64,000 nucleotides of DNA, taken from Octopus vulgaris. Its lineage: Eukaryota. Positions 43,666 to 55,715 of the stretch are shown in pieces. How positions within the stretch are numbered: the stretch's first letter is position 1; the number at the start of each line of letters is the position of its first letter. A model generated the notes under the pieces. That model did no database searches. It was not told the DNA's origin and saw nothing but the letters and a program-made list of their open reading frames with translations. A program made the position numbers and the translations under genes. The stretch covers positions 9,424,001-9,488,000 of the forward strand of contig OX597821.1 of the NCBI GenBank assembly GCA_951406725.2. Reading direction: 5' to 3'.

Positions 43666-44559
43666 AGAGAAAGAGAGATATTGATTCCAACTCTGTATTC
43701 GTATAAGCATGACCCTGTTTGATGATTTTGACTATTTTTTTTTGTCATACACATATTTATATATTTTCCGTTTCTCATTCCTTACGGTCGATTTGACAGT
43801 GTGTCCAGTGGGCATGAAACCGGTTTAATAACGTCTCTGTATTTATTCCAACGAGGCAAGAAACAGAAAACAGTAAACGTGCGGTATTTCATTTAGCTAT
43901 GGCATATGTAATCAATACTTCATGTTAGCACCTTCTCAAATGTTTTGTTTTTGCACTTGTGTCTGATTAAACTTCCCATTAGAGTCACTCTTCGAATTTT
44001 AGTTGGGAGACTGTGAGCAATCCTGAGTTTTACCCTGGCTTAATTCTTCTCTGTCAAGAATACTAAATTATATTCAATTCACGTGGTATTTCTACTCTCT
44101 GTTTTCTTCACTACATGCTTAAAATCCATTTTCATAACGATATTATATGTACCTCTACTCTGCATTATTTAAAACAACCTTTATAGAGTCTCTTTCATAA
44201 AGAACAGGCTTGCTTTGTTTAGTTTTGTCTTCATTGAAGTATAAATAAATTTCCTTATATTCGATTAATGTCGTAGGTTGACTTCGGTCACCTGTAAGAA
44301 TTACAAACGGATATTGAAACCTACATAAGAGCGCGGTCAAATTTGTATGGTAGACAACTTCAATATATATATAATGCTTTTATTTGACTGAAATTTTGAA
44401 AAATTACAATGCGTATACACATGCATACATACGCATACATACTTATGCACAAATACATTCAGAGACACAGACTTACTCACACACTTACTCACACACACTC
44501 ACACAAACACGCCTACTAACACATACACAAAACACACACATGGATGCTGTCTTCATCGG

Positions 44560-45180
44560 CTTTATCTCGTGTCCGACTAGTTATATTCTCCTACGCTGAA
44601 CGCTTTCTTTATGGTGATAACGCTCATGACTCCGTAAATCAAATCGTGCATAGAAGATTCGGTGACATTGACTGCATGCTAATGTTGGTGGAGGGTAAGT
44701 TTGATTTTGTCGAAGCATTTTCTCCAGTCGTTTGTTATCTTCCTTCCTTTTCTCTTGCGGCTTCCACGTTTTTCGTTCCTATGGTGATGGAACGCTTCCT
44801 CATAGTACTGCCTCGGACTTGTCTCAAACAAGTTAGGTTCAATACTAATCGCTTTCTGTATTGCTTACAGTAGGTCCTGTTATCTTCGAAGAGGTCTTTC
44901 TCCTGATGTGAGCTCCCGAAATAAGACTTGCAGTGGGAGCCTTGACTCTTCCAGTCTTGCTATATGTCCTGATCATTGAAGACGGTGTTTCATGTTGAGC
45001 TGCTCGACACTTTGACAGTTGAACCTTTATTGTTGGTCACATAGTGATCCCATATGTAGCTCAAGTTTAAGCGAAGCTGTTGTTGGTGAAAGCATTCAAA
45101 TTTTTGAATGTCGCGAAGATATAATGTCCATATTTCGCAGCCATATCGCAAAGTTTAAATAACAGCGTTATAAATAATAA
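44560..45180 (-). mobile_element. Decayed RTE-clade LINE 3' fragment
   Basis: Minus strand YNAVI*TLRYGCEIWTLY..IQKFECFHQQQLR..WDHYVTN and GELTSGER. Confidence 0.7.
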
Positions 45181-45702
45181 TTCCTTTGTTAAAATCTTTG
45201 TTGTAATACACAAGCATTCACATACACACAGACATACACACACACACACACACAACCACATACACAAACACACACACATATACATCCGTTTATATGTATG
45301 TTTTAAAGCTTACGTATATATATCTGTCTATATCTATATATGTATACCTAAACAAAAATAAGCATGCACACACAGACACTAGCGCTCAAACACAAACATA
45401 CGAACACACACGTCTACATATATACGTATATTTGCCTCTACATATTTACACACATATGTATACATAAGTTTTAACGTAGTTAATTGGAATCGGTGAGTCT
45501 TAATCAGATTACACACTTGACTAGTTGGGCGATTGACCATGCGGCAGGTTTTGTATTTCAGCAAGAAAGTCACATCTAGATGCTCCACACTTTTCATCTG
45601 GAAATGAGAATGTGCAACCGTCGCAAAGTGGGTAGTCTGACGGAAATGCTGGCGTCTATCCAGGTAAGTAACTCGTGTTGCAGTAAACCAGGAAACTACT
45701 GA

Positions 45703-45761
<59 letters not shown>

Positions 45762-45779
45762 TAAGAAAATAGAAGAGTT

Positions 45780-46560
45780 AATTAATAAATTATTATTTAT
45801 CGATTAAAAAATTGACAAACAACACTCACAGCTGTTTTAATTCAAGACCTTCAAAGAATTTAGTAATAAAATTAAAATTTACTTGGAAGTCGAATCTCGT
45901 CAGAGGTAGTTTAAGATTTACAAAATTAGGTGTTCAATACCTGCATGTTGAGAAAACGGCTGTAAATTGTTACTGATAAATTTTATACATCAAGAACATG
46001 GTATAAAACATGGTACAGACCTAGAAAGGGGAGAAAGGTTCTGTATATTGGCGTTGTAAATAACAATATATCCTGAGTGTTTAGTATAAGAAAATCTCAT
46101 ATGATTCAGATATGATTTGAACGGGGGCGTTTTGTATATGTATACAATAATTACAGTTTACTTGTACTTATCTCTTAATAAACTCATTATCATTCTCTAT
46201 ATCTTCCAGTCTTTAATAAACTTAATAGTTTCCTTTCTTCAAATTTCCTCGTTCTTGTTAGAATGCTTTAATATTTTTAGTTATAAATCCACTTAACTTC
46301 TTATTTAGGATGGTATTTTTACTTCATACCTCGCATACCTCTCTTAAGACTCTAATCTACACATTTTTAATGTAGCCCATTTATTCCTTATTCGTTTAGC
46401 TTTATCTATTACCTCTCCTTAACTGTTCTTTTCTATTTATTCCATCAGTTGGTCTCATCTCCAGTTATATATACATACTATAATTACAGTTTACTTTTAC
46501 CTATCTGGAAAAAACGTTCTTATTATTTCCTCTATCTTCCAGCCTTTAATTAATTAAATA
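45780..46560 (-). mobile_element. Decayed Penelope-like 3' end with hammerhead remnant
   Basis: EVIDKAKR..MCRLE..NK endonuclease C-terminal remnant; duplicated segment 46147/46480; CT-CTGACGA-GATTC..GAATT-AAAAC-AGCT-GTG-AG at 45825-45905 (-). Confidence 0.55.
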
Positions 46561-46735
46561 ATTTACATTTATTGAGTGGTTGTATACTGTCAACATAACG
46601 TGACAGTCCAGTAAAGGGAGTTACACCACCGCTTGCCCTAGGAAGCATCGACGCTTCCTGTCGGCCTTGACACATTTCCTGTGTCCTTATATTTGCGAAG
46701 GGGATGCAAGTACCCCCACCAGCTAGGACTAGGAA

Positions 46736-46781
46736 CCTGAAGAAATGCATGTTTCTGGGTCTTGCCCGTCATCAGTCCAGG
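46736..46781 (-). ncRNA. Near-intact type I hammerhead downstream of a PLE ORF
   Basis: CCTGGA-CTGATGA-cGGG-CAAGA-CCCa-GAAAC-ATGCAT-TTC-TTCAGG; 6-bp stem I. Confidence 0.65.
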
Positions 46782-47149
46782 GTAGTAAGTCCTGCTAGTA
46801 GAGATACCTGCCAAATCTTCACAAATATATATATTTACAGTGAAATCTATTCACTGGTCACGGTAATTAGAAATATTGAATTTCTAAATGTCTCAAAGAG
46901 ACATGAGCGGTGGTGGAGCGATAGGGACTAGTGTAGATAGGGACTAGTGTAGATAGGGACTAGTGACTTTGAAGTGTGGATGCGTGTATATGTGTGTGGA
47001 TACGTCTATGAGTGTGTTTCTGTAATGTATACGGATGTTGGTGTTTTGTGCGGGCGCTGGGTAGTAGTAAGTGCTAGTGTATCTGGAGTGGTGTGATGTA
47101 GTTTGGTGGTGTGGTGGTGTGGGGATGTGATGGCGGGGTGTAGGTGGTG

Positions 47150-48545
47150 AGGATGTGGAGTTGGGGTCTGGGGGAGGGGTATCAATGAAGAGAGATGCTG
47201 GGTGTGAGTGAAGAGAGGAAGTAGGTATCAGAGCAAATGGCTCGGTCAAACGGGACGCCACTTGACTGGCCGGTTCGTGGAGCACCTCCGGCTAGGCAAG
47301 CAGCGATGCACAAATAAGAAAAGCAGAAAGAGTAAGTGATGCTGTAAATTAGGTTGCTAGAAGTGCAAGTAAAGAGGAACTGATATGATAGGGACGATGA
47401 TGGGTGCCTGTGAGGATGGTGGTATTGAAGAGGTAGGGGCAAGTGTTACAGTTTGGGCACGAGAACGAGCCAGACTGGGAGGTGGTGTTAAGGAAGAAAC
47501 TGTGGTCAAGAAGGTCACGTAGGTTCTTCTCATTTGAAGGCGCGAACGGTTAGTTTGGGGAAGATATGCGAAGAGGATGTGCCGAATTGGAGTCGCCGGA
47601 GAATGGTACGCTGGAGAGGCATGGTGGAGGGGTGGTAGGTAACCTGAAACGGGAGACGAGCAACGGCGGGGCTTGCGTTGGGAGAGAAAGCAGAGACACG
47701 AAACGTACTCTAGCAAGGACAGTGTGGATAGTGGTGAGAGGATATCCACGAAAGATAAAGTGGTGAGCCATAACTTGAGACAGAGTCTCAAAGACATGAT
47801 TGTCAGTGCAGAGCCTGCGCAGGAAGACGAATTGGGAGTAAGAGATGAACATCTTGGTATGGGTAAGGTGGGAAAAGGAGAAGTTGAGAAATGTGTGTGC
47901 GTCGGTGTGTTTGTAGTGGATGGAGGTAGTGGGAGCAGAGTTGTGTATGTTGACCGAAGTGTCGAGAAACGCAACGGAAGTATTGGAAATCGTGCAGGAG
48001 AATTGGAAGGCATGATGGAAGGAATGGACAAAAGAGAGGAAGGAGTCTAGTTGTTCGCGGGAGAGTGATGTTGCACCGATGAGTGATGTTGCATCGAGGT
48101 AGCCAATGAACAGGTTCGCAGATTTACGGCCCATTCTCGTTCCCATAGCCACTCCCGAGAAATGTTGGTAAAAACCCCCCGCGAACGAGAAGCAGTTGAA
48201 GGAGATAACAAGTTCAGGCAGACGAAGAAGTGTTGATGTTGGGGGCTGTGTCGAAGGTCTAGGAAGTGTTTCAGGGCAAGGGTCCGTCGTTGTGTGGGAT
48301 TACCAAGTATAGACTCTTGATATCACGATGAAGAGAAGTTTAGAGAGGCTAGGAAGGAAAGAGAAAGAGTTGAAAAGACGGGGAGCATGGTTAGTGCTGT
48401 GGATGTGGGGGGCGCTACTAGGGGCAAGTACATGGTTGCGGTATTTCGAGATCAATTCTGTGTAGCGGTTATAGGCAGAGAAGATGGGGCATCCAGGGTT
48501 TTGGGGCTTGTGGATTTTGAGAAAGGAAACAGCTGCGGAGAGACA
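47150..48545 (-). mobile_element. Penelope-like retroelement (RT plus C-terminal GIY-YIG), decayed
   Basis: AMGTRMG..ANLF, FLD, HYKHTD..L.F.SH, YSQF..LRRLC, then FTCTSSNLIYSI; catalytic YxDD region deleted. Confidence 0.9.
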
Positions 48546-50353
48546 ATGGTGTCAAAACAAGTTTTTCAAAATTACCATGTCCATCCTAACATTTTCATCA
48601 GAAAGAAGACGACAATATATAGAATATGTAGTATACTCCGATGACAATGTATAGTAGCATACAGCATGTTTACGTACGGAGTTTAAAACACATATGCAAA
48701 TTCAAGGTGTCGTTGTTCACTGACTTCTGAAATTCGTATACGCAGGCGCAATGACTAGTATTACAGATGTGGCATTCACGATCATGACAACGCGATTTAG
48801 ATTCCAGCATTGGCGATGCATTTTCTTCTGAAGGAAAGCATTTCGCTTCTACTTCCTACATTTCTCCACTTTCAGTGGTTAAGCATAACTGGTCGGATGT
48901 TCAGGGTGAAAGTTGAATTGCCTTGATTGCAAACGAGGTTCCGTTATTGGAAATATACAACAATGCATCGAAGAGCATTGATAGCAACATAATAGCATCC
49001 CTTATTCTTGTCAATAGAGCAACAGTGATTTTGGAAGTTGTTCTATCCCAATTTTTCTTTTATTTAGCTTAGTAAATATGGGAACATATTTAATAGACAT
49101 AGAGTAATGTTTTCGTATTCAGCCAGTAGACGTTTAGCTGAGATTATTGCAGGAGGCAATAAACAGAGAATTAGAGACTTAATGCTTAATCTATAAATAG
49201 AAGTAGAACAGATAATGTGTATAGAGAAATTAACTTTAATGGTCTATGATAATACAGTTACTCTTTCACCCGACATTAATATCAATAAAAATAACAATAA
49301 TCCCGCCTTAAGACCTAATTTGAAGAGGAATACTAGTGGAAATTCGTTTAACTATGAGTATCAAATAGAAGTGAAATAAATCCATATGTAACTGCCTAAA
49401 TAATATTGCATGCGTGTTAGAAATTGTGTGTTTAAGAAAAATATAGCATATATAGTGAGAAGTAATAAATGGAGATCGTAATTATTATTATATTGGTTAA
49501 TCTGCTACAATTTGGAAATCTAGATTTTCTAATAATTATAATACCTTTAAGTATAGATGAAAAAATAATTCTACAAATCTTAATGAATTCATTTGGGATT
49601 TAAAGGATAAGAACTGTAAGTATGATTTAAAGTCGTTCGTTATTATTTATGCACAATCGTACAATACTGGTCATTTCACACGTGATTTTATCTTATTTTA
49701 TTATTAATTCTAAATCAATTTTATTGAATTTTACTGGGCACTTTAAGATGTTGCCATAAATTTAGAAAGACATTCAAATATTTCAATTATTAATTAAAAA
49801 AATGTTTCGATTATCATGTAATGAAGATTAATTCTTATAAAATGCTTAATATAATGAGAAATAGATAACTAATTATTGTGACGTAAAGCATTTCAGTTTA
49901 TTAGCTTTAGCTTTTATTCTTTAGGTTCCAGTGAAATTATCAATAATTGTATTCAAAAACTCTGTTTTAAGTTAATATGCTTTCAGGGTATTTTCTATGC
50001 AGGATTCTAATTGTCATAATGTAGAATTCTTATGTTTGTTTGTATATATATATTTTATTTTGATTTCATCTTTCAGTGACGCCACCAGTAGTTGAATGAC
50101 GTTTCTCATATAGATTTAGTGTGGATTTTATTTTTATTTTTTATTTCTATTCATTAAATAATTTCGTTATGCGGTGATGTCGCTACTAGCTCAATGAAGG
50201 AATGTTTTAGTTTGAACCTCGTTTAGGCGTTTCCTTTGGTTACCGTTTATTTACTGCACATCATTTCAGATGTCCAATTGGAATTTCTCTAATTTTGGTA
50301 GCCAATGGTAATGTTCTATTAACATATATCTTCGAAAATATTATTAATTTTAA

Positions 50354-50401
<48 letters not shown>

Positions 50402-50407
50402 TACATA

Positions 50408-50461
<54 letters not shown>

Positions 50462-50595
50462 TACATATATATATATACATATATACATACATATATATAT
50501 ATACATATATTTATGCATATACGTGTATATATATGTGTGTATATACATATATATGTACGTATATGTACATATCTGTACGTGTATCACGTAAATAT

Positions 50596-50653
<58 letters not shown>

Positions 50654-50676
50654 CTCTATTTCTCTCTCTCACTCTC

Positions 50677-50710
<34 letters not shown>

Positions 50711-50738
50711 AATCAATCAATCTATCTATCTATCTATA

Positions 50739-50842
<104 letters not shown>

Positions 50843-51111
50843 TAGTTCATCTTCGTATTTCGTTTACAAGATTCTTTGTGTGAGCTCTTGTGTTGAAGCA
50901 TATTTCTGTGTGGCAGGGGAGTCATTTTCTTTTTGTGCCTTCTTATTTAACACACTCACCGATTCATTTTCCACTCATCTACACTATTTTTTCTAAATTT
51001 TCGTTGCGCTTCGCAAGCCTTTCAATAGATTTTCACTTTCTCCTTTTTCCGAGCTACGTTCTTTTGTTGCTTTGTGCCCATGTCTCTGGGTCGGTGTGAG
51101 TGTGCATGCAC

Positions 51112-51194
<83 letters not shown>

Positions 51195-51195
<1 letters not shown>

Positions 51196-51353
51196 TTTAT
51201 TTAAAGCAGCAGAAAATTCAACAAAACCTGTTACTCTGAGTTTTCACGTTGCCGTTCGTCGGACAGTTTTTGCTAGCAAAACCTGTCCGACGAACGGCAA
51301 CGTGAAACTCAGAGTAACAGGTTTTGTTGAATTTTCTGCTGCTTTAAATAAAG
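51195..51353. repeat. Spacer-less palindrome (~79-bp arms) abutting (TA)n
   Basis: Centre GCTAGC at 51272-51277; one indel and one mismatch between arms. Confidence 0.95.
51282..51321 (+). ncRNA. Compact hammerhead variant (core CCGACGA)
   Basis: CCTGT-CCGACGA-ACG-GCAA-CGT-GAAAC-TCAGA-GTA-ACAGG. Confidence 0.7.
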
Positions 51354-51423
51354 CATATTACTCTACCACTGGTATTTGAGTACTCTTTTTTCTACACTGT
51401 TTCACATTTATGTGTTTACTCCA

Positions 51424-51493
<70 letters not shown>

Positions 51494-51779
51494 GTATGTG
51501 TATCGTATGTATCTATGTGTTTGCATGAGTGTGTGTTTGAATGTTCGTGTGTGTGTACTTCTGTCTGCCATAGTGTGCATGACTGAGTGTGTCTTTTTAT
51601 TGTTTTTGTGACTAGGTACGTGCGTCTGTTATGTATAGACGTGTGTCTCGTTATGTGCCCTTTGTGAAGTGTGCCTGTCTGTATATGGTCATATGCTTCA
51701 GTCTTCATTTGCGTATGCATGTGTTTGCCTGTCTGTTTATACCTATAAAAGAAAGTAGGAAGTAGTAATTATAGACTAG

Positions 51780-53540
51780 CCTACTTCCTCTCAAAGGTAT
51801 TAGCGCAACTCACCGAAATGTTCCCAGATGCCTGTGTGAGCACGGAGGATTTCCTCTGTAAAATCAGTAGGTGCAGCCACTCCAAAGACCTCACATGTTG
51901 TGTAGTGAGTAGTATGGATGTAATTTCACTCTACACATCCATAGACAGATTTTGCTGTGGAAAATGCATTGCGATTATTATCTGTGAGAGTAAAGTAGAA
52001 TTCAGTGAAGTCAACCCGATGTAAGTGGGCCTCCTCCTTAATGTAAGCTATGACAGTAACTATGTAGATAACCGTGACCTTAGTAGATTCTGCCCCAGCA
52101 GATCACAGAGAAGAACACCCACCATCACATCAGCAGTGAGGAAAAGCACCGCAGAGCGCTGGAGTGCCTGGACTATTCCACCCAAGACACTGAGAACCAC
52201 AATCAGGTGAAAAGAATGACTGCACCGGCCAAAGGCCGAGCTTAGGTATCACATTGAAGAGCCTCATACTAAAGTTTAACAGGAAAGTGTACATGCAGGT
52301 TCAAGAGGCAGCCATTGGTGTCGGTGTAGCTAGAGATGTAGCCGCCCTTTACATGACTGGGTGGAACAGAAAGCTTAAACAATCCTAAGCAGAGTAGTCC
52401 ACAACTCTTTTACTTTACTGTACGTATGAAGACATTAATATTCTATTTAAGATCAACTCTAGTAACGGTAATACAGAAAATGAGAAGAACATAATGGAGA
52501 GCATCCAGCATGTAGCTCACTCAATCCTACAAAGTATCAATGTAGCTATAAATTACTCCACTAGGCACCCTAACAATAGACTCTCCGTCCTTGGCACTAT
52601 AGGTCAGATATTGTGAGTAACAGAATGAAGCTCTTCCACTCCTATTTCTTGAAACGCGTAGCTTCGAGTTACGTTGTTCCCAAGAACACATCGTTGCCAT
52701 ACAACATGAAAATCAACATGGTGATAGCATACGTAGTTAGGATAATGACCAACATGTCCCCACTATGCAAACCCTATGAAACAAAGAAACGTACAGATTT
52801 TCATGCACCGCATGCAATTCTCTGGATATGATCAGAGTCAGGTTTCGGGTATACAGGGTTGCTAAAATGATAATATATCATATGTAATGAAACCAATGGA
52901 ACCTGCCCAAGATATAGAAGTAAAGACTGGAATAGATTACAAAGAGGCAGCGACAAAGGAAACAGGGTGATCACGTGGTATAAGACGGACAAATATCAGG
53001 AATTGTAGAGGTCACAGCGCACGGAGAACTAAACCGTAGATTTAGGAGGGCTCTGAAGGAGGCCAAAGTCAACATTAAGATCGTTGAAAAGCCAGGGAAT
53101 TCCACCACATCACAACTATGTTGGACATATACCTTTAAGAATACCACATGCACGAATGATAATTGCATGGTAAGTAAGAAAAACTCTGGCATTAACTATA
53201 GAACTAGAATTGTAGTATACAGTATAAGGTTCACAGAAGTTGCATGTAAAGGCTAAAACGTAATATACCTAGGCGAGCCATCTAGGATATTTGCCGTAAG
53301 ACTAAATGAACATTTGAGGCAGTATGACGACAAAATACGGTCCTTCATATTCTACCAATATACCAAAGACCAAAATGAGCGCAAAATGGGCGCAACCTAG
53401 GTCAACTTGATATCCGCATTTTATCCAAGTACACGAAGGACCCAACTTTCAGGCAAATACAGGAGTCCCTCCTCATAAATGAAACATCCCCAGTACTAAA
53501 TAGGAAATATACATAGTAGATAGCCATATCACTATACCCA

Positions 53541-53545
<5 letters not shown>
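51780..53545 (+). mobile_element. Decayed Penelope-like element (RT plus GIY-YIG)
   Basis: SMDVISLYTSID, QEAAIGVGVA, and VVYSI...IYLGE.SR....RLNEH at 53209-53313; ends in (TA)n. Confidence 0.85.
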
Positions 53546-53618
<73 letters not shown>

Positions 53619-53622
<4 letters not shown>

Positions 53623-53915
53623 CATAAGGGACTAAAGCCATCTGAATATGGCTAGGGACAGGGCAGGGTGGTGGGGGTGTTACTGTTGCATTTAGCCCCA
53701 GGCGAACATCGACGTCACCAGAAAGGCTCGACACCGTCACGGTGTCCTTATCCTGCAAAGGGAGGTTAACTCCCTTTGCAGGATAAGGACACCGTGACGG
53801 TGTCGAGCCTTTCTGGTGACGTCGATGTTCGCCTGGGGCTAAATGCAACAGTAACACCCCCACCACCCTGCCCTGTCCCTAGCCATATTCAGATGGCTTT
53901 AGTCCCTTATGTTAT
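53619..53915. repeat. Apparently perfect 146-bp inverted repeat with a 5-nt loop, between (TA)n tracts
   Basis: Arms 53619-53764 / 53770-53915; mirror-image ORFs in the track confirm the symmetry. Confidence 0.95.
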
Positions 53916-53957
53916 CGAGCAGTTACTGTCTATATCTCTTTTAGAGAATTATTATTG

Positions 53958-54042
<85 letters not shown>

Positions 54043-54046
<4 letters not shown>

Positions 54047-55046
54047 TACTTGGAGAACAGAAAGGAAACGAAACGACGTGAGGGCGCTCAGTCATGCATG
54101 TTTGTTTTTACGTTTTCGTTTCTCGTTGAGTTCTACGTCTATTTGTGGTGTCCTGTACTCACGTATATATATTTATATATGCATGTATATATATACATGC
54201 ATATATATATACATATATATATACATGTAGATGTATATATATACATGTAGATGTAGGTACGTACATATATGTATGTATGCATATATTTTTACTTATTAAA
54301 TTATTGCATGACTGAGCGCCCTCCCGTCGTTTCGTTTCCTTTCCTCTCTATCTCTCTCTCTCTCTCACTCCTCCTCACCTCTCTCACAGCCGGGTCGAGC
54401 AACGTCCTTTCGCTGGCGGCCTCCTACAAGTGAACATGCTTTTTTCCTGCGCTCTTGAATCTTTCCTCGTCTAGGCTAAAAAAGGCCCTCATTGTTTGTT
54501 TCCTTGTCCTGTTTTTATTCTTTCTTGTACTGTATTTTGTTTTTGTATTTGCATTTTTATTTTGTATTTGTTTTTTATTTGTATTTTTATTTGTATTGTT
54601 TTTGTATTTGCATTTTTATTTTGTATTTGTTTTTTATTTGTATTTTTATTTGTATTGTTTTTACGTCCTGTATTTGTCACATTTTTTTTCTTTCCTTGTT
54701 TTTACCCCTCTGCAAAGGAATTTTATTTAATTCTTTCGCAGGAAGGGCTAGTTCGACGAGTCGTGTTCTGTCCTTACCTTCGAAACACGCATGGAGTCGA
54801 ACTAGGGACAGCTGATGAAGGGGAATTTACCTTGTGTTGTTTATCTTGTACTCTGTTTTTTCGTTGTTAAAAAAAGATCCGTTTCCATGTTTGTTTTTAC
54901 GTTTTCGTTTCTCGTTGAGTTCTACGTCTATTTGTGGTATCCTGTACTCACGTATATATATTTATATATGCATGCATATATACATGTAGATGTAGGTACG
55001 TACATATATGTATGTATGTATACATATATTTTTATTTATTAAATTG
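54043..55046 (+). mobile_element. Non-coding element with pLTR-like architecture (partial direct repeat plus short inverted arm) in (TA)n
   Basis: 54096-54303 is repeated at 54886-55045; inverted arms 54061-54098 / 54305-54342; internal ~59-bp T-rich duplication at 54540-54662. Confidence 0.75.
54748..54823 (+). ncRNA. Putative non-circularly permuted (rearranged) hammerhead ribozyme
   Basis: CGTGT-T-CTGTCC ... CTTC-GAAACACG ... GGACAG-CTGATGA-a-GGGG; all three stems pair, plus a 10-bp accessory helix. Confidence 0.7.
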
Positions 55047-55080
<34 letters not shown>

Positions 55081-55314
55081 GGATAACATTTAAAAAAAAT
55101 TCATCCTGGCGAGAGTCCCAGATGAGCCTACCTCACGGCAGGAGGTGCAAATGAGGGTAGCTATATCAAACTCTATTCTTCATCAAGTGCCACTTATTAG
55201 AGGAGGCTCCTAGTAATAACAGTGTAGCGCAAAACGGCGGTGCATCATCATGGCCGCAGCTCTTAACTGGAACATTAAAAAAAGTGGTCACCATATAAAA
55301 ATACCATTTCAGGA

Positions 55315-55715
55315 GAATATTATAAACAATTTTAAAATAGGGCAAACGAAAATTGCACAATTTTTTGAGAAATAGACTTTAAATGGTCAATCACCATATA
55401 GAATGTATATCCCCATAAATACACATCGTGTTGAATCGAGGAAAGCAAACTAATGACTTTGCTTCTGCTTTTTTCCATGAGTGCTTGTAGTTCATATATT
55501 TTTATCGTATCCTCTACTGATGAGTGGAAATTGTTCGGTATGAGATAGGGCATTTGAAAAAAATCTGTTAGCTTGCTTTCCTCGATTCAGCTCGATGTGT
55601 ATTTATAGTGATGTATATTGTATGTGGTGATTGACGATTTAAAGTCTATTTCTCAGCATATTGGCATAGAAATTTCTCTCTTTTGCCCTTATTTAAGAAT
55701 TGTTTGTAATATTCA
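55315..55715. mobile_element. Diverged fold-back/MITE-like inverted repeat
   Basis: TGAGAAATAGACTTTAAAT / ATTTAAAGTCTATTTCTCA and GAATCGAGGAAAGCAA / TTGCTTTCCTCGATTC; ~145-bp arms. Confidence 0.7.

Noticed and set aside
43785-43830. GTGTCC-AGT-GGGCAT-GAAAC-CG-GTT hammerhead-like segment
   Set aside because: CUGANGA core (TTGACAG) and helix I are too degenerate to call
47357-48050. 224-aa and 125-aa ORFs
   Set aside because: Alternative frames or antisense of the decayed PLE RT
53845-53890. TAACAC...GTCCCTAGCC resembling a twister ribozyme
   Set aside because: Required downstream pseudoknot partners and P1 strand not found
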